A DNA stretch of 64,000 nt from Pseudomonas phage PaBG: sequence record KF147891.1; one strand, 5' to 3'. The translations under genes and the position numbers were made by a program. How positions within the stretch are numbered: position 1 is the stretch's first letter; every line of letters starts with the position of its first letter. Of the stretch, positions 8,552-17,408 are shown one piece after another. The notes below the pieces were generated by a model. The model worked only from the letters and a program-made list of their open reading frames with translations. It searched no databases and was not told where the DNA came from.

Positions 8552-9403
8552 ATGGCAAAGGTAGTGCTGTACCACGCAGAGTGCAATGACGGGATCATGG
8601 CAGCAGCCATCGTCTCGTACTTCGAGAAAGACCCGACCATCATTTACCACCCTGTACACTACAACCGACCTTTGCCGGATATTCCAAAGGACTCCGATGT
8701 CATCGTTGCGGATTTCTGCCACGGTGATGTCGGGGCAATGTTTGCCCTGTTGGAGAACTCCAAGTCTCTGCTGGTAATTGATCATCATGCTGATGCAATC
8801 CCAGTGCTGGATGAGTTGCTGAAAGTCGATTCTCCGAAGCTCCAGGTCGTCTTCGACTCTGAGAACTCGGGCGCTGGTTGCACCTGGCGGCACTACACTG
8901 AGAAACAGGCACCCCTCGTTGTGCAGCGCGTTCGCGGTCATGACCTGTACAAGAACAAGGTGATCGATGACGATTACTTCTTCTACGGTGTGATGACGAA
9001 TCCGCAAACCATTTCCTACTGGGCGTCGTTGATCGATAACGACGCTGAGGTCACCAACCTTGTTGCGGCTGGTCGTCACATCTACAACTTCGTGATGAAC
9101 TCCGTGCTTCCGCAGATGCGGACCAAGGTGCGCTACACCAGCCATGCAGGTTACATCATTCCGATCGTGAACTGCAACCGTATCATCCAGCCGCTGATCC
9201 TTGATCGCCTGATCGAGATTGACTCTGTGGCTTTCGCGTATGAAGACATCGGCGGCGGAAAGCGTAAATGGAGCGTACGGTCCAGCACTTTCTGCAATGG
9301 TGCCGCCAAACGCATTGCCAACTCCTTTAACGGAGGCGGCCATCAGAACGCTGCCGGTTTCGTTACCGATGACACGTTCATGTTCCCGATCTTGGATACC
9401 TAA
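8552..9403 (+). CDS. DHH-family phosphoesterase (RecJ-like / nanoRNase-like)
   Basis: RBS AAGGAG. Motifs VLYHAECNDGIMAAAI (DHH motif I-like), LLVIDHHADAI (DHH) and GGGHQNAAGF (DHHA1 GGH motif). Confidence 0.65.
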   Translation: MAKVVLYHAECNDGIMAAAIVSYFEKDPTIIYHPVHYNRPLPDIPKDSDVIVADFCHGDVGAMFALLENSKSLLVIDHHADAIPVLDELLKVDSPKLQVVFDSENSGAGCTWRHYTEKQAPLVVQRVRGHDLYKNKVIDDDYFFYGVMTNPQTISYWASLIDNDAEVTNLVAAGRHIYNFVMNSVLPQMRTKVRYTSHAGYIIPIVNCNRIIQPLILDRLIEIDSVAFAYEDIGGGKRKWSVRSSTFCNGAAKRIANSFNGGGHQNAAGFVTDDTFMFPILDT

Positions 9404-9437
9404 GCATGTTGGAAGCCCTTTCGACCAGTGACTGGCA

Positions 9438-10262
9438 TTAGCCGATTACCGCTCGCCGAACCTGTGCTTTCGTCATGTTGTACCAACCACTTGGCAGGCT
9501 TCGCCTGTTCCCGCCTTTGTCCATGAGAAGAAGGGTGAAGTTATACCCAGCGGCGATTGCAGCCTTTGCCTTCGCCGCGTTCTTCTTGAACGGACCGCCG
9601 TCTTGCTTCCCGCTCAATCCTAGAGTCCAGACGCTCTTGACCTCGATCACGTTGTTCTTGGTAACGTGGTAGAAGTCAGGAATGAACGTCCGGACCTTGC
9701 CCTCGAAACGATACTTGATCGTAGGCTTCCCGTCACGCACTTCGGAGACGATGTTCTCTGGCTTGGCACCACGGGCGATCATGTATTGCAGTGCCGCAGG
9801 TTCAAAGCCTTGGAGCTTGCGCGTCACGCCCGCTATGACTACCTCTTTCCTCTCGAAGTAACCGTAACGCTGTTTATCTTTCGCACAGACGAAACAGCCA
9901 TGCCCCTTGATGATGTGATTTGGGAGCATCTTTCGTTCGCTCTTACATTCAAGGCAGACGTGCATGATTTTCTTCAGGCGGCCCCTGTAGTCTTCCAAAG
10001 GCCTGAGTGTGGAGTCGCGCTCTTTAAGTTCGGCGATATAGGCATCCGTAGTTGGCAACTGATAACAACACAACAACTTGCCACGAGACGTTTTGGAACT
10101 CATAACGACCCCAGGATGGCGGTCGCGGATATCGCCACATTTGGTGCATTGGTGTTTGATTGAAGTCTTGATATTGACGTACTGTTCCAGTACGATGAGG
10201 TCAGGCCCGTACTTTTGCCTAACTAAGGCCAAGTACTCCTGATGGGTGATGCGCTTAGGCAT
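9438..10262 (-). CDS. free-standing Zn-ribbon + PD-(D/E)xK-like nuclease (homing-endonuclease-like)
   Basis: Sole reverse-strand gene in a + strand operon, sitting between the DHH and sbcD genes. Several CxxC pairs (TKCG, CLECK, CFVCAK). FIPDFYHVTKNNVIEVKS fits a D...ExK restriction-endonuclease-like core. Locally looks less GC-rich than its neighbours (by eye). Confidence 0.4.
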   Translation of the reverse strand: MPKRITHQEYLALVRQKYGPDLIVLEQYVNIKTSIKHQCTKCGDIRDRHPGVVMSSKTSRGKLLCCYQLPTTDAYIAELKERDSTLRPLEDYRGRLKKIMHVCLECKSERKMLPNHIIKGHGCFVCAKDKQRYGYFERKEVVIAGVTRKLQGFEPAALQYMIARGAKPENIVSEVRDGKPTIKYRFEGKVRTFIPDFYHVTKNNVIEVKSVWTLGLSGKQDGGPFKKNAAKAKAAIAAGYNFTLLLMDKGGNRRSLPSGWYNMTKAQVRRAVIG

Positions 10263-10394
10263 GTGATACTCTCTGAAAGTAAGGTGAAGGTGCCCAGACG
10301 GTATCCGTATTCAGAGTACGGAAGGACTGGCCGGTCTTTTCCCGTCTGGACAAGTGTAAATTAGTCGCATACGGAACAGACTTTGGTGTTTACC
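10263..10394. promoter_or_regulatory. divergent intergenic region with nested inverted repeats
   Basis: CCAGACGG ... CCGTCTGG (8 bp) enclose the palindrome CCGTAttcagagTACGG. The minus strand carries GACTAATTTAC about 95 nt upstream of the nuclease start. The + strand sbcD start follows. Confidence 0.3.
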
Positions 10395-11462
10395 ATGTTA
10401 GAAGCAATCAGTACGTCAGATTTCCACCTCGAGGGAATGTTCAAGCATTTCGCCGATGCAACCGCGCGCCAGTTGCGTGAAATCGACAAGATTTACCAGT
10501 ACGGAATGAGCAAAGGCATTCGCCATGTCTTCATTCCGGGCGACATTTCCGATACGCCTCACATGAAGTTCGCCACGTACATGCAGTTGGTGATGTTCTT
10601 CAAGAAGTACGACGGCATCATCAACAGCTACTACATCGGAGGTAACCATGACCGTTCCGATGTCGAGTCCACGTCGTGTGACTTCCTCAAGATGATCGCG
10701 GATCACGGCTTCTTCAAGTCGTTCCGCATCTTCCTGCAACCTGAACAAGACCGCATCGATGGTACGCTCGTAAACTTCTGCGCATGGCCGTGCTACGAGA
10801 CCATGACCGAGAAGGAAGGTTGCCTGAACTTTGCCCACGTTGAATACAACGGCGCAATCGGTGATAACGGCCGACCGTTGAAGACCAAGCATGAGTTCCG
10901 CAGCCATGAGCGCGACTTCACCATCAGCGGTCACATCCACCAGTACCAGTATTTGAAGAACAAGCGTGCCATCTTCAATGGTAACCCGTACCAGAAGAAC
11001 TTCGGCGAGGCGTTGCCTAAGGGTTTCGTTCACTTCAAGGCCAGAACCAGTAAGAATACGGTTGACGTGAAGCACCGCTTCATCGACAACATGCCGAACT
11101 TTCGCCTGGAGACGGTCGTTGTGGAATCCCCGAAGGACTTCGCACGCCTGAAGGATGACAACAACATCCGCTACAAGCTGCTGGTGGCCCCTGATGTCCT
11201 GGTGCCCGCTGATCTGCGGCTCACCTACCCGAACATCACAGGTGGTATCTTCAACTCGGAAACCAAGAAGGCCGCCGCGAACGATGATTCGCCAATGGTC
11301 GAGCAACTCGGCCAGGTGGCTCAGATTAGCCGCGTGAAGCCTACCACCGGATTGAACAATTGGTTGGCTGGTGAGGGTTTCTCCAAGAAAGAAATCTCCA
11401 TGGCCAAAGGTATGGTCAAGGAGGCCATGAACGAACTCGGCATTTCCGTTGGAGAGTCCTAG
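10395..11462 (+). CDS. sbcD: SbcD / Mre11-like calcineurin-type phosphoesterase (nuclease)
   Basis: Metallophosphatase motifs in order: SDFHLEG (D-x-H), IPGDISD (GD), GGNHD (GNHD), ISGHIHQ (GH-x-H). Confidence 0.7.
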   Translation: MLEAISTSDFHLEGMFKHFADATARQLREIDKIYQYGMSKGIRHVFIPGDISDTPHMKFATYMQLVMFFKKYDGIINSYYIGGNHDRSDVESTSCDFLKMIADHGFFKSFRIFLQPEQDRIDGTLVNFCAWPCYETMTEKEGCLNFAHVEYNGAIGDNGRPLKTKHEFRSHERDFTISGHIHQYQYLKNKRAIFNGNPYQKNFGEALPKGFVHFKARTSKNTVDVKHRFIDNMPNFRLETVVVESPKDFARLKDDNNIRYKLLVAPDVLVPADLRLTYPNITGGIFNSETKKAAANDDSPMVEQLGQVAQISRVKPTTGLNNWLAGEGFSKKEISMAKGMVKEAMNELGISVGES

Positions 11463-11630
11463 GAAATCCTAGGCATTCCTCCTAAGTTTGCCAATGTCAT
11501 TCTGATGTCAGAGAAATACATAGCTAGAGAATGCTAATTTTTCTGCATCGAGTGACAAAGCACCTTGGCGCTAAGGTTGTACGTCGTCCTCGATGTTCAC
11601 AACCAAGCTCATTCCTAAGGAGACAAGGTC
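11463..11630 (+). promoter_or_regulatory. AT-richer intergenic region, candidate promoter for the H1-like gene
   Basis: 168 nt non-coding. Contains TGCTAATTT at about 11533-11541, roughly 95 nt upstream of the start. RBS AAGGAG just before 11631. Confidence 0.3.
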
Positions 11631-12629
11631 ATGGCGACCCGTACTCGTAACAAAGTGGTTGGCGGCAAAGTCGTCAAGCAAAAGGTAACGGTGGACAACT
11701 CCCCCGAGGCCAAAGCCAAGCGTAAGAAGGCGGCGCAGACTCGCAAGAAGACTGCTTCCAAGGACAACGCCAAGGCTCGCACCGAGCGCAAGTCGCGCAC
11801 CCCGCAAGAGAAGCTGGAAGCCGGCATCAAGCGTGCCATGCTCCGCGCCGCTCGCGAAGGCCGCGATCCGAAGAAGGCGAAGAAAGACTACATCGCCTGG
11901 CACAAGAAGCAGCAGTCCCACGGCGCTGCCAAGTCCAAGTCCAAGGAAGCCGCTGCCAAGGTGCGCGAAGCTCACAAGAAGCAGCGCGAAGCCCTGACTG
12001 CCAAGCGCAAGGCCATGGCCGACAGCTACAAGGCTGCCCGCGCCAAGCTGAAAGGCCTGCCGATCGAGAAGCGCAAGGCTCAAGGTGCCAAGCTGCGTGA
12101 CAAGTACAAGGCCAGCCTGGCCAAGCTGTCGCAAGCTCGCACCAAGCTGACCGCCGCCAAGAAGAAGAAGCTGGACGGCATCAAGTCCAAGCTGGCTGCC
12201 AAGAAGCCCGGCGCCAACCCGAACCGCAAGGTGAAGGCTGCTTCCGCTCCTGGCGTTACCGCTGCTCCGGCCAAGAAGCCGCGTAAGATGAAGACCACAC
12301 CGGAAAAAGCGAAAGCCCAATCCAAGACCCCGGCCAGCGGCGCTAAGGCTCCGGCCAAGAAAGCTGCAACCAAAGCTGCCAAGCCGGTAGCCAAGAAAGC
12401 AGCAGTCAAGGCCGCCAAGCCGGCAGCCAAGGCCGAAGCCAAGAAAGTGGCAACCAAGGTCGCTAAGACCGAGGCCAAGAAAGCCGCGACCAAAGCTGCC
12501 AAGCCGGTAGCCAAGAAAGCAGCCACCAAGGCCGCCAAGCCCGCCGCTAAGGCGACCGCGAAGAAAGAAGCTGCCAAGCCGACTACTCGCGCTCGCGCCA
12601 CCGGCAAAAAGGCTATCAAACGCGGCTAA
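11631..12629 (+). CDS. histone H1-like / AlgP-like lysine-alanine repeat DNA-binding protein
   Basis: 332 aa, extremely K/A-rich, with tandem AAKPxAKKAATK (KPAA-type) repeats in the C-terminal half. No hydrophobic core. Confidence 0.6.
   Translation: MATRTRNKVVGGKVVKQKVTVDNSPEAKAKRKKAAQTRKKTASKDNAKARTERKSRTPQEKLEAGIKRAMLRAAREGRDPKKAKKDYIAWHKKQQSHGAAKSKSKEAAAKVREAHKKQREALTAKRKAMADSYKAARAKLKGLPIEKRKAQGAKLRDKYKASLAKLSQARTKLTAAKKKKLDGIKSKLAAKKPGANPNRKVKAASAPGVTAAPAKKPRKMKTTPEKAKAQSKTPASGAKAPAKKAATKAAKPVAKKAAVKAAKPAAKAEAKKVATKVAKTEAKKAATKAAKPVAKKAATKAAKPAAKATAKKEAAKPTTRARATGKKAIKRG
12358..12580 (+). repeat. direct tandem DNA repeat (about 120-bp unit, 2 copies) inside the H1-like gene
   Basis: accaaagctgccaagccggtagccaagaaagcagc...aaggccgccaagcc recurs at about 12364 and about 12484. 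It encodes the KPVAKKAA(V/T)KAAKPAAKA repeats. Confidence 0.5.
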
Positions 12630-12657
12630 TCCCCGCACGGTAGTCTGACCTCAAAAA

Positions 12658-12694
12658 GGCCCGAGTCACTTCACTGTGGCTTGGGCCTTTTTGT
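12658..12694. terminator. rho-independent terminator
   Basis: GGCCCGAG ... CTTGGGCC stem followed by TTTTTG. The hairpin is flanked by an A-run on the 5' side, so it may act in both directions. Confidence 0.6.
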
Positions 12695-12752
12695 TTCTCC
12701 AGCCACCTGATCGCTAATTTATGAGCACGACACCTCTTGGCTGAGCATTACG

Positions 12753-13748
12753 ATGCAACTACAACCAAAATCTATCGACAGTAGCCAGAATGTCATCGAC
12801 ATTCGCAAGGCACGCAACGCCAATGAGCTTATAACGGTCATTGGCCGTATCAACACAGCATTACGGCAACAGCAATCCCAACACAAGACAGAGCGCACCA
12901 AAGTGAAATTTGGTCCTATGTCGAAGCTGTATGACGGCCTTCGTTGGGTGCTGCAAACACAAGGCGAACTGCTGGCTGCGTCTACCGTAGCTCAGAGCCT
13001 GAACGATGCTAAGCGCGAGCGCTGTGTTACTGCGTTGGATCACCTGAACGCCGACGTGCTCGCATTGAAGCGATCCCTGATTTCCCGCATCAACGCCGCA
13101 TCGAAGCCTATGGTCAGCGAGAAGCTTGGCCAGTATGCCGATGCCGTTCACGACTTTCTGCGTCCGCTGTGTGAGAAGTTGTACTCCATCAGCATGTACG
13201 ACGATTCCACGACCTACGTGGCATTCATCGCTCGGAACGTACAGACGGAAGGTTTTACCTCGCCGGAAGTGTGCTTGAAGCTGTCCGAGCGTGATGGTGT
13301 ACTCAAGGTCTCCATCCCGTACAGCCCGTTCGTGGATACTGAACAAGTCCCGCTGACCTCGTTGCGCGACCTGACCTACTTCCTTCAAGGTACGTTGAGC
13401 GTTCGCAAGACGGCTGCTCCGAAGCCGAAAGAAGAAAAGCTGCTACGCATCGAAGGTGTTACCGGAGTCGATGTTACCGATACCTTGAACCTGAATCTGG
13501 ATGCTGCCGTTCGTCCTGCTGACATCAACGGCATTCTGCGATTGGTCATTCCGATGATCCGCAAAGCCTTCTCTCCAGACCAGTTCGAGGTCTTGCATCG
13601 CTTCAACAACCAAAGCGATAAGAAGTGCCTGCAGTTCTGTGTATGCAAGCGCGCAGTTGTAGACCCGAGAGCATTGAGTCGTTTGACCCGCCTGCTGGGT
13701 ATGACCAAATCGCAGATCACTCAAATGACCGAACCGGAGACCCCATGA
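12753..13748 (+). CDS. hypothetical protein (331 aa)
   Basis: ATG start about 33 nt after a GCTAATTT element at about 12713-12720. First gene of a four-gene block of unknowns. Confidence 0.4.
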   Translation: MQLQPKSIDSSQNVIDIRKARNANELITVIGRINTALRQQQSQHKTERTKVKFGPMSKLYDGLRWVLQTQGELLAASTVAQSLNDAKRERCVTALDHLNADVLALKRSLISRINAASKPMVSEKLGQYADAVHDFLRPLCEKLYSISMYDDSTTYVAFIARNVQTEGFTSPEVCLKLSERDGVLKVSIPYSPFVDTEQVPLTSLRDLTYFLQGTLSVRKTAAPKPKEEKLLRIEGVTGVDVTDTLNLNLDAAVRPADINGILRLVIPMIRKAFSPDQFEVLHRFNNQSDKKCLQFCVCKRAVVDPRALSRLTRLLGMTKSQITQMTEPETP

Positions 13749-14788
13749 AACATCTCGAAAAATTGACCGAGGAACAACTGCTGGAGCACGCCAAGAAGCA
13801 GATGCCTCTGTATCGCCGCCTTCTGGCTCGCGCCACTTCCTTCCTCGGTGGGTTGTTCGGCAAGGGCCGCCAAGTGGCTACTGCCGCAGACGTTCAGATC
13901 AGCGTTGACGGCATGGGCGGTCGCCAAGTCGGTAAGCTCACCCTGAGCAACTTCAAGGCACCCAGCTTCAACAAGCTCAAGTCGCACGTCACTGCGCTAC
14001 AGGAAAGCGACGCCATCGACGAGCTGGACTATATCGTCAGCCGTCTGGCCAAGAGCGAAAATACCAAGATGAAGGCCGAGGCCAAGCGCATGTTGCCCAT
14101 GCTGGTAGCGATGCAAGAGGCCTTCAATGATGCGCATGAAGCGCTGGAGTCCATTGCGGACAAGCACTTGCCTGCCGAAGTAGGCAATGTATTCCAAGCG
14201 GCCGACAAGCATGTCACCGAGTTCATGCGTGAATATACCGGTGACGCCAAAGTCGAAGTCCCGGCGAACGTGTTGGTTGGTGCCGAAGACGACCACATCG
14301 ACTTCGTGCAATACTTTGAACTCACCGAGTTCGTCGAGCAGCGCATCTACCTGATGGTCACCTGTTCGCTGACCGCCGTGGGTAATGAGTACGTCATGTC
14401 CACGCACGTTACCTCGCAGGATCGCTTCCAAGGCCCTATGAGCTACGACATCGGCGAGGCGACACAAGACGTCGGCAAGGCCATGCGCCAAGAGCTGGCT
14501 GTTCAAGGTGTGATCGTCACGACCGGCGCCATCAAGCTCAAGGTGGACGAGAAGCGCGTCACCAATGCGCTCAAGCGCCTCCCATTCGTTACCGACGTTA
14601 AGGTAGCACCGAAAGCCATCAACGTCTGGGTGAAGGGCAACAAGCGCACGCACGATCAGGAGAAGGAAATCTTTGCGATTATCTCCTCCGATTCCGACGT
14701 CCGCACTCAGTTGGGCCGCAGTCGCCGCCTGGTGAGCAACTTCACCGAAGACAAGCACTGGCAGTTCACCGTCACCGCCCGGGGCTGA
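13745..14788 (+). CDS. hypothetical protein (347 aa)
   Basis: ATGA start/stop overlap with the upstream gene. RBS GGAG 5 nt upstream (MKHLEKL...). Confidence 0.4.
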   Translation: MKHLEKLTEEQLLEHAKKQMPLYRRLLARATSFLGGLFGKGRQVATAADVQISVDGMGGRQVGKLTLSNFKAPSFNKLKSHVTALQESDAIDELDYIVSRLAKSENTKMKAEAKRMLPMLVAMQEAFNDAHEALESIADKHLPAEVGNVFQAADKHVTEFMREYTGDAKVEVPANVLVGAEDDHIDFVQYFELTEFVEQRIYLMVTCSLTAVGNEYVMSTHVTSQDRFQGPMSYDIGEATQDVGKAMRQELAVQGVIVTTGAIKLKVDEKRVTNALKRLPFVTDVKVAPKAINVWVKGNKRTHDQEKEIFAIISSDSDVRTQLGRSRRLVSNFTEDKHWQFTVTARG

Positions 14789-14790
14789 CC

Positions 14791-15720
14791 ATGTACCAAT
14801 ACTTCCATGACCCGTTGTCGTTTCGGCTGTCAACGTGGCCGTGGGGTGGTGCGTCTTACATCAAGACGTTCAACTACCGCGTCCACAACATCCTGTTCAA
14901 ACCGCTGCTGGACTATCTCGCCGCTGAGCTGGACAAGAGCCCGACACTGAAAGTACGCAAGACCACGTTCACTCTGGTCAACGTCTACAGCGGGTTCACG
15001 GATATGAGCTACGGCTCAGGGCCTGCGCCGTATCGTTCCATTCGACGCGGTCCAATCGTTTTCACGTTCGCCATGACACGTCGCGAGGGAGGCTTCCAAT
15101 TCCCTCGCCACGTTATTTGGAACACAGGACACACCGCGCTCTGGGGTCCGAACCTGCAACGCGGACACGACTACCTGTCGATCAGCGTGCCGATCAACAT
15201 TGCCATGCAGTGTCGGTTGAACAACACGCTGCGCACGCAGATGGAGTGGCTGTACAAAATCGTTGGAGGCTGGAGCAAGTCGTATGCGATGAGCCGTGAT
15301 TCATTCACGCTGCGCAGCGACAGCAACAAGCTCACGCATGACCAGTTGTACTTCCGAACCATTCCGAAGACCATGTGGATGTTCCCGTGGCAGGACTGGA
15401 AGTACGTTCGAGAGTTCTGGGATCGCGGCGCCGATGTGCTGAATCTGGACAACCTGGACGTGCAGTTCGTGGATTACTTCTTGTCGTACCTGACACGGTA
15501 CTTCAACAAGGTCGACGACCCGAACGTGAAGCCTGCCTTTGAGTTCATCGAGCAGACCGTACGTTCCGGTATTCTGGATTGCGTACAGCGCACTTCGAGT
15601 GACCTGTCACGTCTGGTTGAACCGTACATCCCAATCGACATCAAGACACAGATGGTACAAGGCGAAGCGACCGATGTCGAATCGCTTGTTCGTGCCATTT
15701 GCAATGGGGACACCAAATGA
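14791..15720 (+). CDS. hypothetical protein (309 aa, W/Y/F-rich)
   Basis: ATG 3 nt after the upstream stop. Confidence 0.4.
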   Translation: MYQYFHDPLSFRLSTWPWGGASYIKTFNYRVHNILFKPLLDYLAAELDKSPTLKVRKTTFTLVNVYSGFTDMSYGSGPAPYRSIRRGPIVFTFAMTRREGGFQFPRHVIWNTGHTALWGPNLQRGHDYLSISVPINIAMQCRLNNTLRTQMEWLYKIVGGWSKSYAMSRDSFTLRSDSNKLTHDQLYFRTIPKTMWMFPWQDWKYVREFWDRGADVLNLDNLDVQFVDYFLSYLTRYFNKVDDPNVKPAFEFIEQTVRSGILDCVQRTSSDLSRLVEPYIPIDIKTQMVQGEATDVESLVRAICNGDTK

Positions 15721-16937
15721 GTTCCGTCCATAAGTGTGTCGAGGGTACCAACCTGGCCGTGATCGATGTCATCTTGGATGAGTTCGATCAGCCAGTCCAT
15801 CCTGCAGATAACGTCGCAGGCCCTCGCGTCCGTGTTTACGATACGGACAAATCAGTCATCTGCGAAGTCATCGCAACTGTCGATCCGAGCGAGCCCGGTG
15901 CTTGGCGTGCCGACCTCGCCATCCCCAAGATGGGGCTCAAGGATCGTGTTGATCTGCGCTGCGTGTGGCACCTGCGAGGCAACGACGGTGAGTCGTACAA
16001 GTCCACGCACGTCCTGCAGGTAAGTCCACAGACGGATGAGCGCACTGGCGACGTTATCGCCATGTACTCCCGCGATATGCACCTGACTGTGGCTCTGCCG
16101 TTCTCGTTCGATCCCGGCAAACCAAAGCAGCCTGCAAATCCTCAGAAAGGGCTGCCTGCTGTTCCAGGACGTCCCGGCGATATGCTGACCTTCAGCCTGT
16201 ATCGGAACAACGAACCTCTCATGGTCGATCTTCCGTTCAGCGATCCTGCCGTTGCGTATGAGCAATATGCGGACAAGACCGTTGTTCGGGTGCCGAACGT
16301 GGCTGGGTTGGCAAAGCTGGAGCCGCTGCTGTTGTACGTCCAGCACACCCGGAAAGATGCGTTCACTCCGACGATGTACACGTTCAAGGTGTGGATCATC
16401 ACGCCGCAAGTCCTAGTGGCCGCCAACAGCCTTGAGCAGTTCATCAACAAGGCGCGGGTGCAGAACGTGATCCCAGAGCTGGAGTACACGCAGAGCGACC
16501 TGTTGGAGTATCTGGCCCGCGGCTTGAACCTGTTCAACATGTTCCCACCGCAGCTCACTGCGTTCAACGGTACCAACATGCAGGGCCTGATCTACGACTG
16601 CTGGTTGCAGTGCAGTTCGTACTACGCTCTGGCTGCGCAGCTCCAAGCTGAAGGTGCCCTTGCGTTCGACTTCTCCGGTCAGAGCGTGTCGCTGAACGTG
16701 GATCGCACTCCCGCCATTGAGTCGGCCCTGGGTCGCGTGGAACAAGGCATCGAGCAGTATGTCAAACCCGCCAAGAAGCTGCTGGCTCGTGCAGGTGTCA
16801 ACTCTGGTGATGGTTCGCAAGGTGGCAAGTTCATCGATGGCAGTTCGCAGATCGGCGCTGTCGGACTTATCAACGCTCCGACTACACGTCTTCCATGGAC
16901 TGGTCGTGGCGCTACGTGGAGCCGCGGCTTCTTGTAA
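15717..16937 (+). CDS. hypothetical protein (406 aa)
   Basis: ATGA overlap with the upstream gene (MSSVHKC...). Confidence 0.4.
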   Translation: MSSVHKCVEGTNLAVIDVILDEFDQPVHPADNVAGPRVRVYDTDKSVICEVIATVDPSEPGAWRADLAIPKMGLKDRVDLRCVWHLRGNDGESYKSTHVLQVSPQTDERTGDVIAMYSRDMHLTVALPFSFDPGKPKQPANPQKGLPAVPGRPGDMLTFSLYRNNEPLMVDLPFSDPAVAYEQYADKTVVRVPNVAGLAKLEPLLLYVQHTRKDAFTPTMYTFKVWIITPQVLVAANSLEQFINKARVQNVIPELEYTQSDLLEYLARGLNLFNMFPPQLTAFNGTNMQGLIYDCWLQCSSYYALAAQLQAEGALAFDFSGQSVSLNVDRTPAIESALGRVEQGIEQYVKPAKKLLARAGVNSGDGSQGGKFIDGSSQIGAVGLINAPTTRLPWTGRGATWSRGFL

Positions 16938-16955
16938 TTTCATGTGGAGAGCAAC

Positions 16956-17396
16956 ATGACGCAACTCACGCAAAACTTCACGCTCGCCGAGTTCGAGCGC
17001 TCCGACACTGCACGCGCACAAGGGATCGACAACTCCGTCCCCAAGGCGTTGCTTCCCAATGTTCAGCGCCTCGCCGAGTTCCTGCAGGAACTGCGTGATG
17101 CTCTGGGCAAGCGTATCATCATCAGCTCCGGCTATCGTGGTGACGCGCTGAATCGCATGGTTGGTGGTGTCACGTCCTCTGCGCACACGCAGGGTCTGGC
17201 TGCCGACATCAGCGTTCCGGGCATGAGCCCTGAGGAGCTGTTCCAGGCGATCATCAAACTGGACCTCGGTTATGACCAAGTGATCCAGGAGTTCGACAAA
17301 TGGGTCCACGTCGGCCTGAGCGTCGGCAAACCGCGCAAGCAGCGTCTTCGCGCAACGAAAAACTCGGCCAAGAAAACGGTCTACACTCAAGTCTAA
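16956..17396 (+). CDS. peptidase M15-family (zinc D-Ala-D-Ala carboxypeptidase-like) peptidoglycan hydrolase; endolysin candidate
   Basis: RBS GGAGAG 4 nt upstream. FTLAEFERS ... IIISSGYRGDALNRMVGGVTSSAHTQGLAADI matches the SxHxxGxAxD arrangement typical of phage M15 endolysins. Confidence 0.6.
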   Translation: MTQLTQNFTLAEFERSDTARAQGIDNSVPKALLPNVQRLAEFLQELRDALGKRIIISSGYRGDALNRMVGGVTSSAHTQGLAADISVPGMSPEELFQAIIKLDLGYDQVIQEFDKWVHVGLSVGKPRKQRLRATKNSAKKTVYTQV

Positions 17397-17408
17397 ACGG
17401 AGACACTC

